Translations under genes and position numbers: made by a program
Notes under the pieces: generated by a model
Database searches by the model: none
Told to the model about the DNA's origin: nothing
The model's input: only the letters and a program-made list of their open reading frames with translations
Part shown: positions 1-12,700 of the stretch, piece by piece
Numbering within the stretch: the first letter of the stretch is position 1
How the letters are laid out: each line of letters opens with the position of its first letter
From: Malacoraja senta
Taxonomy: Eukaryota
Length of the DNA: 64,000 bases
Direction: 5' to 3'
Assembly: GCA_038087875.1 (NCBI GenBank)
Contig: CM075992.1
Coordinates: 8,868,001 to 8,932,000, forward strand

Positions 1-240
1 GAAGCCAATTAACCTGCAAATCTACACATCTTTGGGACGTAGGATAAACTGGAGCACCCGGAGGGAACCCACAAGAGTCAAAGATAGAACTTCCCTGGTC
101 CACATCCATATAGTACACCTCAAGTACTATGCATTCAACTTGCACATTAAAGTGTTCAAGTAGTTTCATTCCTAGCTTATGCCATCACAAACAGCTCATA
201 CAGTCCTCATTCCACTCATTCAGACCCTCCACCCCCTTCC

Positions 241-370
241 CAAGGTGGTTCGTGAGCATATTCGTGGAAGGTCGTAGGAGTTCGTAGATCACCAAAATCT
301 TGAATTTTTTTTTAGGTCCTTTAAACTCAGCAGAGGTTTTGGATTAAGTCGTGAAAGTGGGACAGGCCCT
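241..370. mobile_element. Right end of a Harbinger-type MITE
   Basis: gtcgtgaaagtgggacaggccct followed by tta. No left TIR found; left boundary approximate. Confidence 0.6.
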
Positions 371-445
371 TTAGAGATCGCAGCCCAGAATGTTGAGTCC
401 TTAATGGATATGACAAAGGTAGAAAGCTGTCCCAGCTCACATTAC

Positions 446-594
446 CTCATAACTTCAGCATAGCTCATGGCTTCATCGATGCCTGGGAACGCACTCATTG
501 CCTCCTGCATCATCTTCTTGCCCATGCTCAACATATTATCTTCTTCGAAAAATTCATCGGGTAGTTCAGCTACACCAAGGCTTGGATCAATTTC
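446..594 (-). CDS. GET3: GET3/ASNA1 coding exon 3 (gene continues beyond window start)
   Basis: Acceptor gagcag| and donor AG|GTAAT. 149 nt: [49 protein letters not shown](R). Confidence 0.97.
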
Positions 595-2289
595 CTGCTC
601 AACAAACAGGAAAACAATTAAGTGTTAAGTTTAATTTCATCTAGGTAACCAAATTTGCACAGAAAAAGAAATGTCCAAATATGATATCTTCAAATAGTAA
701 TCAATCCTATTTTCTTCAATAGAAAAAAGGATTTCCCAGATTTGACCCTGAATTACTGAATGAATCAATATCTGATGAAGAGGAGTACTGAAGGAGTACG
801 TATAGAAGAGGAGATTGCATTTGGTAATGTCGATATTCTCAGCTAGAGCTAATGCAGTCATGTCCGGTGCCTCCTTTAATTCAGACAAAATCATGAGCAC
901 ACTCGAAACCCCTCCCCAGAAGTCCCGAAAATGTGGCGTCAGGCCGGGTAAGGCTGCCAATCCCGTCCTCGATCGGGACTTCCATGCCGATTGACTAGTC
1001 GAATTTGCCCCCTGCAGCTGCTCCTTTTCCTGTGCCCCACTCTCTGGTGTGCACCCATTTCTCCCACACTCCCTTCCACCTATATCCTTCCCTTTAGATG
1101 TCACTGTTTGCCTCAGACACCCTTGTGTCTCCTTTTCAGCCCTGGCCGTTGTACACCCATCCGCAAACCAAATCGCCACCTATCACTTACCAGGGTTTGT
1201 CCCACCCCACTGCTTTCTCCCACCTACTGCAATCAATCTGAAAATGGATCTCAACCTGAAACATCACCTATCCATGTCATAATGTCATGTGATAGTAGAA
1301 TTGGGCCATTCGGCCCATCAAGTCTACTCTGCCATTCAATCATGGCTGATCTATCTCTCCTTCCTAACTCCATTCTCCTGCCTTCTCCCCATAACCCCTG
1401 ACACCCACACTAATCAAGAATCTATCTATCTCTGCCATAAAAATATGCATTGACAGCCTCTACAGCCGTCTGCGACAAAGAATTCCACAGATTAACCACC
1501 CTCCATAGATGTTGCCCGACCCCCTGAGTTACTCCAGTACCGTGTTTTTTTGCATATTGGGTGCAGTACTGGTCACTGCATTATAGGAAGGATGCAGAAC
1601 CTGTAGAGGTGCAGAAGAGATTTACCAGGATGCTGTCCGGATTGGAGTGTATTAGCTATAAGGGGAGGCTAAACAAACTTGGATTGTTTTTGCAGGCGTG
1701 TCAGAGACTGCGGGACAATCTGATAAAGTATATAATATTACGAGAGACACAGATTTTGCCCCTCTCCCATCGGGCAAAAGGTATAGAATTGTGAAAACGC
1801 CCACCTCTAGATCCAGGGACAGTTTCTTCCCAGCTGTTATCAGGCAACAGAATCATCCTACCACAACCAGAGAGCAGACTGAATTACTATCTACCTTATT
1901 GGTAACCCTTGGACTATTTTTGATTGTACTAAACTAGCTTTACCTTGCACTAAATGTTATTCCCTTAACATGTATCTATGCACTGTAAATGGCTCGATTG
2001 TAATCATGTATTGTCTTTCTGCTGACTGGATAGCACGCAACAAAAGCTTTTCACTGTACCTCGGTAAACGTGACAATAAACTAAACTGAGGTTAAATAGT
2101 GAAAACATCAATTAATAGAGGGTTTTTGGTGACAGGAAAAAGATTTAAAGGAGATTTGCAAGACAAAGTTTTTGCACTGTGCGGTTGGTGTCTGGTATAC
2201 ACAACCAAGGGAGGTGGTAGAGCAGATGTGACAGCAATCTGTAAATGACATTTTGAGACACGCAAATATGACGGGAATAGAGGGACACA

Positions 2290-2972
2290 GACCATGAGCA
2301 GGCAAGTGAGGTGCCGTGGTAGTCTGACCTATACCACCGCACTTGCCAGCTCTCGGACACCTCCTCCTACTTATAATTGGACTTATCCCACAGATGAGCA
2401 CCAGGCCATAATCTCACAGACCATTTCTGATGTTTAAGAAGGAACTGCAGATGCTGGAAAATCGAAGGTAGACAAAAATGCTGGAGAAACTCAGCGGGTG
2501 AGGCAGCATCTATGGAGCGAAGGAAATAGGCGACGTTTCAGGTCGAGACCCTTCTTCAGACCTTCTTCAGTCTGAAGAAGGGTCTCGATCCGATTCGTCG
2601 CCTATTTCCTTTGCTCCATAGATGCTGCCTCACCCGCTGAGTTTCTCCAGCATTTTTGTCTACCGACCACTTCTGATGTTATCAATTCTGGCTGTCTGCC
2701 CTCCACAGCCTCCAACCTTATCGTTTCCCAGCCTTAAACAGATTGGTTTTACCTTCTCTCCAAAATCCATAAACACACTGCCCTGGCAGACCCATTGTTT
2801 CTGCCTGCTCCTGTCCCACTGAAATGATTTCCACATACCTCGACTCCATCCTATCCTCCCAGTCTAATCTCTCCCAACCTATGTCCAAGATACCTCGCAT
2901 GCCCTTCGTCTCTTTAATGACTTCCACTTTCCGAGCCCCCACTCACTCATCTTTACTATGGACGTTCAGTCA
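2290..2972 (+). mobile_element. Decayed Penelope-like reverse transcriptase fragment with nested pseudo-LTR hairpin (2435-2664)
   Basis: FYLLSKIHK..., PGRPIVSACSCPTEMISTYLDSIL..., PTYVQDTSHALRLF...LIFTMDVQS motifs. The nested hairpin is flanked by a 16-bp TSD gacca(t/c)ttctgatgtt (2419-2434, 2665-2680). Confidence 0.8.
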
Positions 2973-2979
2973 CCAGTCT

Positions 2980-3510
2980 GAAACATAGAAACATAGAAAA
3001 TAGGTGCAGGAGGAGGCCATTCGGCCCTTCGAGCCAGCACCGACATTCATTGTGATCATGGCTGATCGTCCCCTATCAATAACCAGCCTTCTCCCCATAT
3101 CCCTTGACTCCACTAGCCCCTAGAGCTGTATCTAACTCTCTCTTAAATCCATCCAGTGACTTGGCCTCCACTGCCCTCTGTGGCAGGGAATTCCATAAAT
3201 TCACAACTCTGTGGGTGAAAACGTTTTTTCTCACCTCAGTCTTAAATGACCTCCCCTTTATTCTAAGACTGTGGTCCCTGGTTCTGGACTCGCCCAACAT
3301 TGGTAACATTTTTCCTGCATCTAGCTTGTCCAGTCCTTTTATAATGTTATATGTTTCTATAAGATCTCCCCTCATCCTTCTAAACTCCAGTGAATACAAG
3401 CCTAGTCTTTTAAATCTTTCCTCATATGACAGTCCCGCCATCCCAGGGATCAATCTCGTGATCCTACACTGCACTGCCTCAATCACAAGGATGTCCTTCC
3501 TCAAATTAGG
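2980..3510 (-). mobile_element. CR1/HER1-type LINE 3' fragment
   Basis: ORF 3076-3549: LSYEERFKRLGLYSLEFRRMRGDLIETY...RTRDHSLRI...VVNLWNSLP. 8-bp tail repeat (gaaacata)n on the + strand. Confidence 0.9.
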
Positions 3511-4702
3511 ATGTCCTTCCTCAAAAAAGAAGAAGGGTCGAAACGTCACTCATTCCTTCTCCCCAGAGATGCTGCCTGTCCCGCTGAGTTACTCCAGCAT
3601 TTTGTGTCTATCTTGAGATTAGTATAATTTGGCAATGTGATCGGTGCAAATATAGTGGGCCGAAGGGCTCGTTCCTCCACCATATTTTGCTATGCAATTT
3701 AAAAGTAAAACTGGTAGTTATGGAAATCAAAACCCAAATTAATATTGTGTAAGAAGGAACTGCAGATACTGGTTTAAACCAAAGATAGACACAAAAAGCT
3801 GGAGTAATTCAGCGGGAACTACCCTGACTTTCAGTCTGAAGAAGGGTCTCCACTCAAAAGTCACCTATTCTTTTTCTCCAGAGATGCTGTCTGACCCACT
3901 GAGTTACTCCAGCTTTTTGTGTCTATCCCGAATTAATATTTGTTGGCGATACAAACTTAGGTATGGTACTTCCCAATTTCCTCTCTGCATACCAAAATCA
4001 CAATGGGGATCAAACTAGGATCCATAATAAAAGATGGTTCAGGGTGGAGTGGGCAGATTTCATATATTCTTACAAGATCTTATCTTCAGTCTGAAGAAGG
4101 GTTTTGGCCCGAAACGTTGCCTATTTCCTTCGCTCCATAGGTGCTGCTGCACCCGCTGAGTTTCTCCAGCACTTTTGTCTAACTCAGACCAACAGTCCTC
4201 GAACCAGAATTACCCTTTTTGCATATTTCAAGGCTGCACTTATCTTGAGATTTTTTATAATATATTTTAATTCTCCACCTATCAAATATGAAAACACTTC
4301 TAGGACAAAGTAGCATCAATGTTTAGCTTAGTAACAGACCCTTCTGTCCACTGAGTACACACTGATCATCCATTCACACTGGTTCTCTGTAATCTTACTT
4401 TCCCATTCAATCTCCACACACCTGGGGGCAATTTACAGAGGGTCAATTAACCTATAAACTCATGCATCCTTGAGATGTGGGAGAAAATCAAAGCACCTGG
4501 AAAAAACAGGTTATAGGGAGAACGTACAAACTTCTCACAGATAGCACCCGAGGTCAGGATCGAACCCAGGACTCTGGCACTTAGAGGCAGCAGCTCTACC
4601 AGCTGCACCGCTGTGTTGCTTACATATTTTGATACATTGAATTACTGAGTAAATTATGGAACATATGTAGAAAGTTATCGCCACTGCTAACATTTTACTT
4701 AC

Positions 4703-4850
4703 CATAGCAAAAAGGTTGTCATAACCCTTCACCTTTGTTGGCACTTTGGAGAATTTCTGATCAAATGCATCAGAAATGTTATGGGCTGGGTCCGTGGAAA
4801 TAATCAGCACAGTCTCTCGAACCTCTGCCAACTGCACAGCCAAGCTGCAA
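4703..4850 (-). CDS. GET3: GET3/ASNA1 coding exon 2
   Basis: Acceptor ttccaaacag| and donor ATG|GTAAGT. 148 nt: (S)[49 protein letters not shown], with the switch I motif STDPAH. Phases join exons 1 and 3. Confidence 0.97.
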
Positions 4851-7311
4851 CTGTTTGGAATAAAAAGATTTGTATTGAGGAGACACAAGGAACTGCTGAT
4901 GCTGGAATCTCGAGCAAAAACGAAGTGCTGGAGGAACTCAGTATCTGTGGAAGGAATGGATGAGTGACATTTCAGATCTGGTCCCTTCTTCAGAGTTTAT
5001 CGATTTCCTCCACAGCGTGACCCAATGAGAACCTCTAACCATTTATGTTTTGCTCAAGGTTTGTATTTATATACAGATGTATTCACACAGTGAAGTGCTT
5101 TTAGCCAATAATCATCTTTTGATCTGAAGACATTTGTACTGTCGAAGGGGGAAACCGTCCTCACTCAGCAAGCTCCCGCACACTGCAATCTGATAATGAC
5201 TGGAAAGTGATAGTCGGATCAGGTGAGGAGAGATACTGGCAGATGGGTGTAAGTTGTAACCAAGGCTGGAGATAAAGTGGAAAAGGGAGTAGATATTAAA
5301 TCTGTTAAGAAGATGAGGAGTGAAATGTAGAACTAGAGGAAGGGGTGGAGGGGATTGGGGGCTGAAAAGAAAAATTGGGGGTATGGTGTAGGGAAGGATG
5401 GGAGATGAGCAGATGGAGGAGGAAAAAGGAACTAGGTAGTTTTCACCCACTCTCACTCCGTCCGGTTCTACATTTCACTTCCCATCTTCCTTTTTATCAG
5501 ATTCCACATTCTGTCACCGCGTCACATAAAGAGCTTTCTCCTCACCTCAATACTAAATGGCTTACCTTTATTCTGAAACTGTAACCCCTGCTTTCAGATC
5601 CTACAGCCAAGGGAACATCATCCCTGCCGATACCCGGTTAAAATGAGGTCCATTTAAACACTAGAGAATACAGGTCTAGTTTACTCAATCTAATCCCAAA
5701 CAGCAAGCTATCACTCGCAAACCAATCTGATAAACCTTCATTACAATCCATGACAAATCTTATTTTTTACAAAATTGGACACAAGGCTCCAGGTGCAGTC
5801 TCACTAAGGGTTGTAAATAGAGTAAGACATCATCACGACAGCACTCCCATAATAAAGGCCAATAGACCATTTTCCTTCTTGTGAAAATAATGTAAAAATT
5901 CAAACTTATAACTAAATAGGAAGGAACTGGAGATACTGCTTTACATGCAAGATAGACATAAAATACTGAAGAAGGGCTGAAGATGGGTCTCGACCCAAAA
6001 CGTTGCCTATTTCCTTCACTCCATAGATGCTGCCTCACCCGCTAAGTTCCTCCAGCATTTTTGTCTACCTTCGATTTTCCAGCATCTGCAGTTCCTTCTT
6101 AAACATAAAATACTGGGGTAACTCAGCGGGATAAGCAGCATCTCTGGAGAGAAGGAATGGGTAACGTTTCGGATCGAGATCCGAAGAATCAGTCTGAAGA
6201 AGTGTCTCGACCCAAAATGGCATCCATTCTTCTCTCCAGAGAGCCTGTCCCGCTGAGTTAATCCAGCATTTTGTGTCTAGTAACTAAAGTGTGTTATTAA
6301 ACAAATGGTGCCAGAGAAGTATTGTTCTTATTGTGACTTTCTTCCACAGAAACAAACAATTTGTGGCAAATTCCAAATTAAACAGTGTTGCAACTAATAG
6401 ATCATGGCACATACTTTAAAGTGGCACAGCCTCAATATAGTTACAACCATTAAGGATCAAAATAGCACACTAGAGATACAGCAGATGAATGGTCTCTAAA
6501 TCTGTTGAAGAATAACTTGCCTGACATAAAAAATTCACTTTGGGCCACGTTTTAATCTAACACAGCAGCTTGTTTTCATCTAACCCACAGCTAACCATGG
6601 ACTGTTTCCTTGATCATTGTTATTTTTTTTTGCATATTTTTCATTCATTTCTTCTATATCTCTCTATATCTTTTTTTTAAATCGTTCGAAATAAAAAGAT
6701 ATCAAATATCAAATCACGAATCAATATCTCTAATTTCCCTTTCACTTTCCCCTGATTCTCATTCGAAAGAAGGGTTTTTGACCCCAAACGTCACCTATTC
6801 CTTTTCTCCAAAGATACTGCCTGACCTGCTGTGTTACTCCTGGATAGAGTGTATGTGGAGAGAATGTTTCCACTAGTGGGAGAGTCTTGGACCGGAGATC
6901 ATAGTCTCAGAATTGAAGGACTTTCCTTTAGGGAGGAGATGAGGAGGAGTTTCTTTAGTCAGAGGGTGATGAATCTGTGAAATTAATTGCCACAGAAGGC
7001 AAGTCAATTGATATTTTTAAGACAGAGATAGATTCTTGATTAGTACGGATGTGTCAGGGGTTATGGGGAGAAGGCAGGAGAATGGGATTGGGAGGGAGAG
7101 AGATCAACCATGATTGGCACAGTAGACTTGATGGGCCAAATGGTCTAATTTTGCTCCTATCACTTATGACCATGATCATTTTGTGTATATCTTCGGTAGA
7201 AACCAGCATCTACGATTCCTTCTTGCACACAACTGTATTTATGCAATGTTTTGAATCTATTAAAGGGGCTGAAGGCAGAGTTTGCGACGAACCGTCACGC
7301 AGAATTAGGAG

Positions 7312-7530
7312 GTAGACCAAAAGTGCTGGTGAAACTCAGCGGATGCAGCAGCATCTATGGAGCGAAGGAAATAGGCAGGGTTTCGGCCCGAAACGTTGCT
7401 CAGTCTGAAAAAGGGTTTCGGCCCGAAACGTTGCCCATTTCCTTCGCTCCATGGATGCTGCCTCACCGGCTGAGTTTCTCCAACACTTTTGTCTACCTTC
7501 GATTTTCCAGCATCTGCAGTTCCTTCTTAA
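7312..7530. mobile_element. Penelope pseudo-LTR fold-back insertion (representative of dozens of copies in the window)
   Basis: Inverted arms with a one-sided tail ttcgattttccagcatctgcagttccttcttaa. Perfect 15-bp TSD acgcagaattaggag (7297-7311, 7531-7545). Confidence 0.85.
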
Positions 7531-7909
7531 ACGCAGAATTAGGAGACGTGGACCAAGGGCTTGTTCGTGGAGAGAGGCTCCTATGGGAGGATACAGGCGG
7601 CTGAGAACCCGCTGCGGGGAAATATAGACACAAAAAGCTGGAGTAACTCAGCGGGTCAGGCAGCATCTCTGGAGAGAAGGAATAGGTGACAGACTTTTCT
7701 CGACCCTATTCATGTTCTCCAGAGATGCTGCCTGACCCGCTGAGTTACTCCAGCTTTTAGTGTCTGCCTTCGGTTTAAACCAGTATCTGCAGTTGCTTCC
7801 TACACGCTGCGGGCGGGGAGACTCCGGGCATCGGGCCTGACACTGACAGCCGCCCCATGGCAACTCCACCAACAGCCCCGGCCCCGGCCCTGACCCCGGC
7901 CCCTTCTAC

Positions 7910-8058
7910 CTGCAGGTGGTTTTGCCCACTCCTCCTTTGCCGCCCACGAAGATCCACTTGAGTGATTTCTGCTCGATGATGTTGGAAAGGGTGGGCTCCA
8001 GGGGCTCCACGTCGATGGCGTCCTCGAACTCCTCGTCCATCGCCGCCGCCGCCGCCAT
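7910..8058 (-). CDS. GET3: GET3/ASNA1 tail-anchored protein insertion ATPase, coding exon 1
   Basis: ATG at 8058 reads [49 protein letters not shown], containing the deviant P-loop GKGGVGKT. Donor AG|GTAGAA at 7909, phase 2. A second in-frame ATG is at 8040. Confidence 0.96.
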
Positions 8059-9460
8059 CTTGCGCCGTCACGTGACGGGGCCTCAGGCCTCGCCCTGTCC
8101 CCTGTCCCCGTTCCCCCCGCGACTGCCGCCACCTCAGCTCAGCACCGCGCCGCCACAACCCGCCTGCAAACCTCCCGACAACAACAACGATGGCCGAACT
8201 CACTCCTAATCACCGCAAATACAAACCAATTCACCCCCCCCCACACCAACAACAACTTGGCATCACCACCCCCTCCTATCCGCGCCGCTGATTGGCGCAG
8301 CCGCTCCCAACACAATATCTTCACATTCCTTAAACAGCCACCAGGCTAAAGTTATGCATTTAAAGTGTTTTATCCTTCGCTATTCCTGCCCAGAAATGTG
8401 GGCTTTTAAACTTCTAATTCCTGTCTTAAATCTTATGCCACCACCGAAAGCACATCAGCGCCTCTACTTCCTGAGAAGATTACGGAGAGTCGGTTTGTCA
8501 AGGAGGACTCTCTCTAACTTCTGAAGTTTGAAGTAGGGTTTCGGCCTGAAACGTTGCCTATTTCCTTCGCTCCATAGATGCTGCTGCACCCGCTGAGTTT
8601 CTCCAGTATTTTTGTGTACCCTCTCTCTAACTGCTACAGGTGCACAGTAGAGAGCATGCTGACCAGTTGCATCGTGGCTTGGTTCGGCAACTTGAGCGCC
8701 CTGGAGAGGAAAAGACTACAAAAAGTAGTAAACACTCCCCAGTCCATCATCGGCTCTGACCTCCCATCGAGGGGATCTATCGCAGTCGCTGCCTCAAAAA
8801 GGCTGGCAGCATCATCAAGGACCCACACCATCCTGGCCACACACTTATCTCCCCGCTACCTTCAGGTAGAAGGTACAGGAGCCTGAAGACTGCAACGACC
8901 AGGTTCAGGAATAGCTACTTCCCCACAGCCAACAGGCTATTAAACTTGGCTCGGACAAAACTCTGAACATTAATAGCCCATTATCTGTTATTTGCACTTT
9001 ATCAGTTTATTTATTCATGTGTGTATTACGTATATAATGGTATATGGACACGCTGATCTGTTTTGTAGTCAATGCCTACTATGTTCTGTTGTGCTGAAGC
9101 AAAGCAAGAATTTCATTGTCCTATCTGGGACACATGACAATAAACTCTCTTGACTTGTCTTGACTCAAGATCCTAGACGAGCCTCCTTTGCTCTTGACTT
9201 GTCTGCAGCACCGGCATGCTTTGCAAGTTGAGCTTGGCCAACTTTTCCACTTAAGATGGACATAAAGTGGATGCTGCCGACTGTATTTGACAGTGGCAAC
9301 TATATTTATAGTAGGCTATATACTATTTAGCTTTCGTCCGCGTAGTGACATTGTTAATTTTAACGTTTATTGCCCCCCCGGGGCGGCAGTCAGTCAGTCA
9401 GCCCGCCCGCCCTCACTCTCTCCCAGCAGGCTCGGCGGCCGCCCTTCCCAAGATGGCGGA
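8052..9460. promoter_or_regulatory. Bidirectional GET3/TRIR promoter region with CpG-rich flanks
   Basis: Divergent ATGs at 8058 (-) and 9453 (+). CpG-rich at about 7590-8330 and 9330-9960. A YY1-type CAAGATGGCGG overlaps both start codons. Palindrome CCGTCACGTGACGG at 8065-8078. CCAAT boxes at 8226-8230 and 8291-8295 (reverse). Confidence 0.75.
8443..9165 (+). mobile_element. Rex1/Babar-type LINE 3' fragment inside the GET3/TRIR promoter, interrupted by a pseudo-LTR (about 8523-8620)
   Basis: KAHQRLYFLRRLRRVGLSRRTLSN / YRCTVESMLTSCIVAWFGN...LQKVVNT. TSD ctctctctaactNct (8508-8522, 8621-8635). Tail (cttga)n. Confidence 0.8.
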
Positions 9461-9749
9461 GAGGCGAAGGAGCCGCGAAGTTTCTCGAAGCTCCGAAGCG
9501 GAGAGCAAAGGGGTGAACGCCTTCGCCAACGACGGCAGCTTCATGGCGCTCTTCAAGAAGATGGAGGAGGAGAAGGCGGCGCAACGGGAGTCGGGCGGCG
9601 GCGGAGGCGGAGGCGGAGAAGGAGGAGGAGGAGGAGGAGAAGGCGGGGACGTGGAGCGCGGAGGGCGGCCGAGACCGGTGGCGGCCACGGCAGCAGCGGC
9701 GGGCCCGGGGGCGGAGGCCGAGGCCGGCAGGAGGCCCGCGCCGAACACT
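9453..9749 (+). CDS. TRIR: TRIR (C19orf43, telomerase RNA component interacting RNase) coding exon 1
   Basis: MAERRRSREVSRSSEAESKGVNAFANDGSFMALFKKMEEE..., where the N.FANDGSF..LFK motif is typical of TRIR. A poly-Gly linker follows. Donor ACT|GTAAGG, 297 nt, phase 0. Confidence 0.9.
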
Positions 9750-12700
9750 GTAAGGGCCGGAGGTTTCGCCTGCGGGTACCGAGCGGGGCTGGGGCTGGAT
9801 CTGCCGTTGTTATCCATCCTTCCCCCCCAATGTCGCCCCATTTACTCACCTGGGGCGAGGGAGGGAGCGATCCGCCCGCCCGCCCGCCCGACCGCCCGGG
9901 AACAACACAAACACATTGCAGTCGCCCACTGTCATCCCACCCTCGGCTCCCTGCTTTGTCCCATAGCCGACACACTAGCCAGCTTCCATTCTTCATTCCC
10001 AATGGGGATATATATACCCAAGCCGTGACTTCCCACAGTCATCTAATCCTTTCAATCGTACAGCACCAAAAACAGGCTCGAAGACAGACGCAAAACGCTG
10101 GAGTAACTCAGTGGGACGGGCAGCATCTCTGGAGAGAAGGAATGGGAAACGTTTCTGTCTTCAACTCGTCCATACCATCCAGACCCGTCTTCAGTCTGAC
10201 CCGCTGAGTTATTCCAGCTTCTTGTGCCTCTCTTCAGCCTGAAGAAGGGCCCCGACCTGAAATGTCTCACCTATTCCATTTTTTTCTATAGATGCTGCCC
10301 GGCCCGCTGAGTTACTCCAGCGTTTCGTGGCTATCTAAATTTAGAGTATAGTGTTCAGTTCTGTAGCAAAGGTGTTGTCAACCTAGAAAAAAATCACAAG
10401 GATGTTGCCAACTCGAGGGTCTGAGCTGCACGGAGAGGATGGATAAGCTCGGACTCCATTCTTTGGAGTGCAGAAGGATGAGGGGTGAAACCGAGGTGTA
10501 TCATATAATGCGAGGAATAGATTGGGTAAAAGCACAAAGTCTTTTACCCAGAATAGGGTGTTCAAAAACTAGAGGACATAGTTTACGTTGAGGGGGGAAA
10601 GATTTAATAGGTATCCAAAGAGCAAATTAGGTACACGGAATGAGCTGCCAGAGGAGATAGTTGAGGCAGGTACTATAATATAATTTTAAAGACACTAGTA
10701 GCTGGTACATGGATAAGATGAGAACGGTTCACTTGGATAGCTTAAGGATGTTTCCACCAGTGGGAGAGTCTAGGACCAGAGTAAAGCCTTTAGAAAGACG
10801 AGGAGGGATTTCTTTAGTCAGAGGGTGGTGAATCTGTGGAATTCATTGCCACAGATGGCTGTGGAGGCTGTCAATGGGTGTTTTTAAGGCTAAGATTGAC
10901 AGATTCTTGATTACTAAGGGTGTCAGGAGTTTTGGGGCGATGGCAGGAGAATGGCATTGAGAGGGAAAGATAGAGCATCCTGACACAAGATTATAGGAGA
11001 AGTAGATTTAAATCTTTTCAAAGACTACTGCAGATGTTAGCTGCTTGAAGTAAAATGCTGGAAATATTTGGATCAGGCAGCATTTGGAGAGGGAAAAGTA
11101 GTGTATTAGGTCAATGAAGGGTAGACTAGTAGATTCAGAACATTGAATTGCTCTATTGGTTATATTAATTAAACAATGTAGCAAAACAACATACTAAATC
11201 TTAACTGGAAAAAACATACAAAAGTGCTGGAGTAATTCAGTGGGTCAGCCAGCATCTCTAGAGAACATGGTGAGTATTGTTATGGGTCGGAACCCTTCTT
11301 CATACTGACCTGATGCTGCCTGACCTAAGTTTTTTTTGTTGTAAACCAGCATCTGCAGGTTATTGTTTCAGAATCTTAACTGGAGTACAGTATTGTCTAA
11401 TTCTAAGCACAATAATGGTGAAGGAAGGAACTGCAGATGGTGGTTTAAATCGAAGATAGGCAACAAATACTGGAGTAACTTAACGGAACAAGCAGCATCG
11501 CTGGAGAGAAGGAATGGATGATGTTTCGGGTCGAGACCCTTCTTCAGACTATGGATATGTGACGTTTCGGGTCGGGACCCTTCTTCAGATTAGAGTTAGG
11601 GGAAAGGGAATCGAGAGGTTTAGCTCGGGTGAAAGGGAAACATTTCCATTTCCCTTGTTCCTAGTCTGAAGAAGGGTCTTGACCCGAAGCATCACCCATT
11701 CCTTCTCTCCAGAGATGCTGTCTGTCCTGCTGAGTTACTCCAGCATTTTGTGTCCATAATGGTAAAGGGGAGAGAGATCTGTTGAGTAGAGGAGTGGAGC
11801 AAATTGTTTCCGTTTGAATCCAAAGTTATGTGGAGATATAATGCCAATTCTAAAATTGATGAAGCTTGTAGATAGTATTTAAAGAGAGGATACTGACAGA
11901 TACTGATTTAAACATATACTCCTTAAAATAGGGACACAAGAGATTGCTAATGCAGGGATATTATGCAAAACATAATAATCTGGAAGGGCTCAACGGGTCA
12001 AGCAGCATCTGTAGAGGCAAAAGGATGGTCGACTATTTTGGTCAAGACCCAGCATCAGAGCTGGGAATGTAGATGGAAGATAGTCTGGATAGATCAGTGG
12101 GAAATAGGGATGAGGTGATTGCTGGATCCAGTTTTTTTTTTTTTTTGAGGGGGGGGTTACCGGAAATATGAAATGAAGCACAGAAAATGGTGGGGATATT
12201 TGGACCAGGCAGCATCCGTGGAGAAAGAAATATTCAACATTTCAGACCGACCTTTCATCGGATGGAGAGTGAGGTAGTTTCCTGCTTAATATTTGCCCCC
12301 TCGCCAATTTTGCTAGGACAGATTAGTTCACTGATGTTTTGGGGCCCTCACTGTGTGCAAATTGGTTTCTGTGCTTTCAATGTTGTAATAATAATTGTAT
12401 TTCCAAAATAACTTTGTAGTGCTTTGAGATGTTGCAAAGCGGTGAACAACAGATATAAGAAAACATCCTTTCTATTTTGTATGATGAAAAAAAAGTGAAG
12501 TAGTGATGGTAGGCAAAAAAAAATAATCACTTTTTGGGTATTTATATAAAAAATCAACAACAAAGGAAAGCATCGAAATGTTAGCTGACGTGTGTATTTC
12601 TTTCACTTTTTTGCTTTGTTTTTAGTTCCTAAATTGATGTACTTTGATGATACAACTTGATGACTTTCTCAAAGAATTTCTTCCAGGATTTTTAAAAATT

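Noticed and set aside
637..1179. 180-aa minus-strand ORF in GET3 intron 2
   Set aside because: No recognisable domain, runs through repeat-derived sequence, and is not needed for the in-phase GET3 exon chain.
3104..3616. Plus-strand ORFs of 120-170 aa such as 3104-3616, 19957-20442 and 37037-37411
   Set aside because: Antisense frames of CR1 ORF2 fragments, not genes.
9287..10207. 306-aa and other long ORFs overlapping TRIR exon 1 (9287-10207 +, 9413-9841 -, 9553-10002 -)
   Set aside because: Off-frame or antisense readings of a GC-rich exon and CpG island. Only the frame from ATG 9453 has TRIR motifs and splices in phase.
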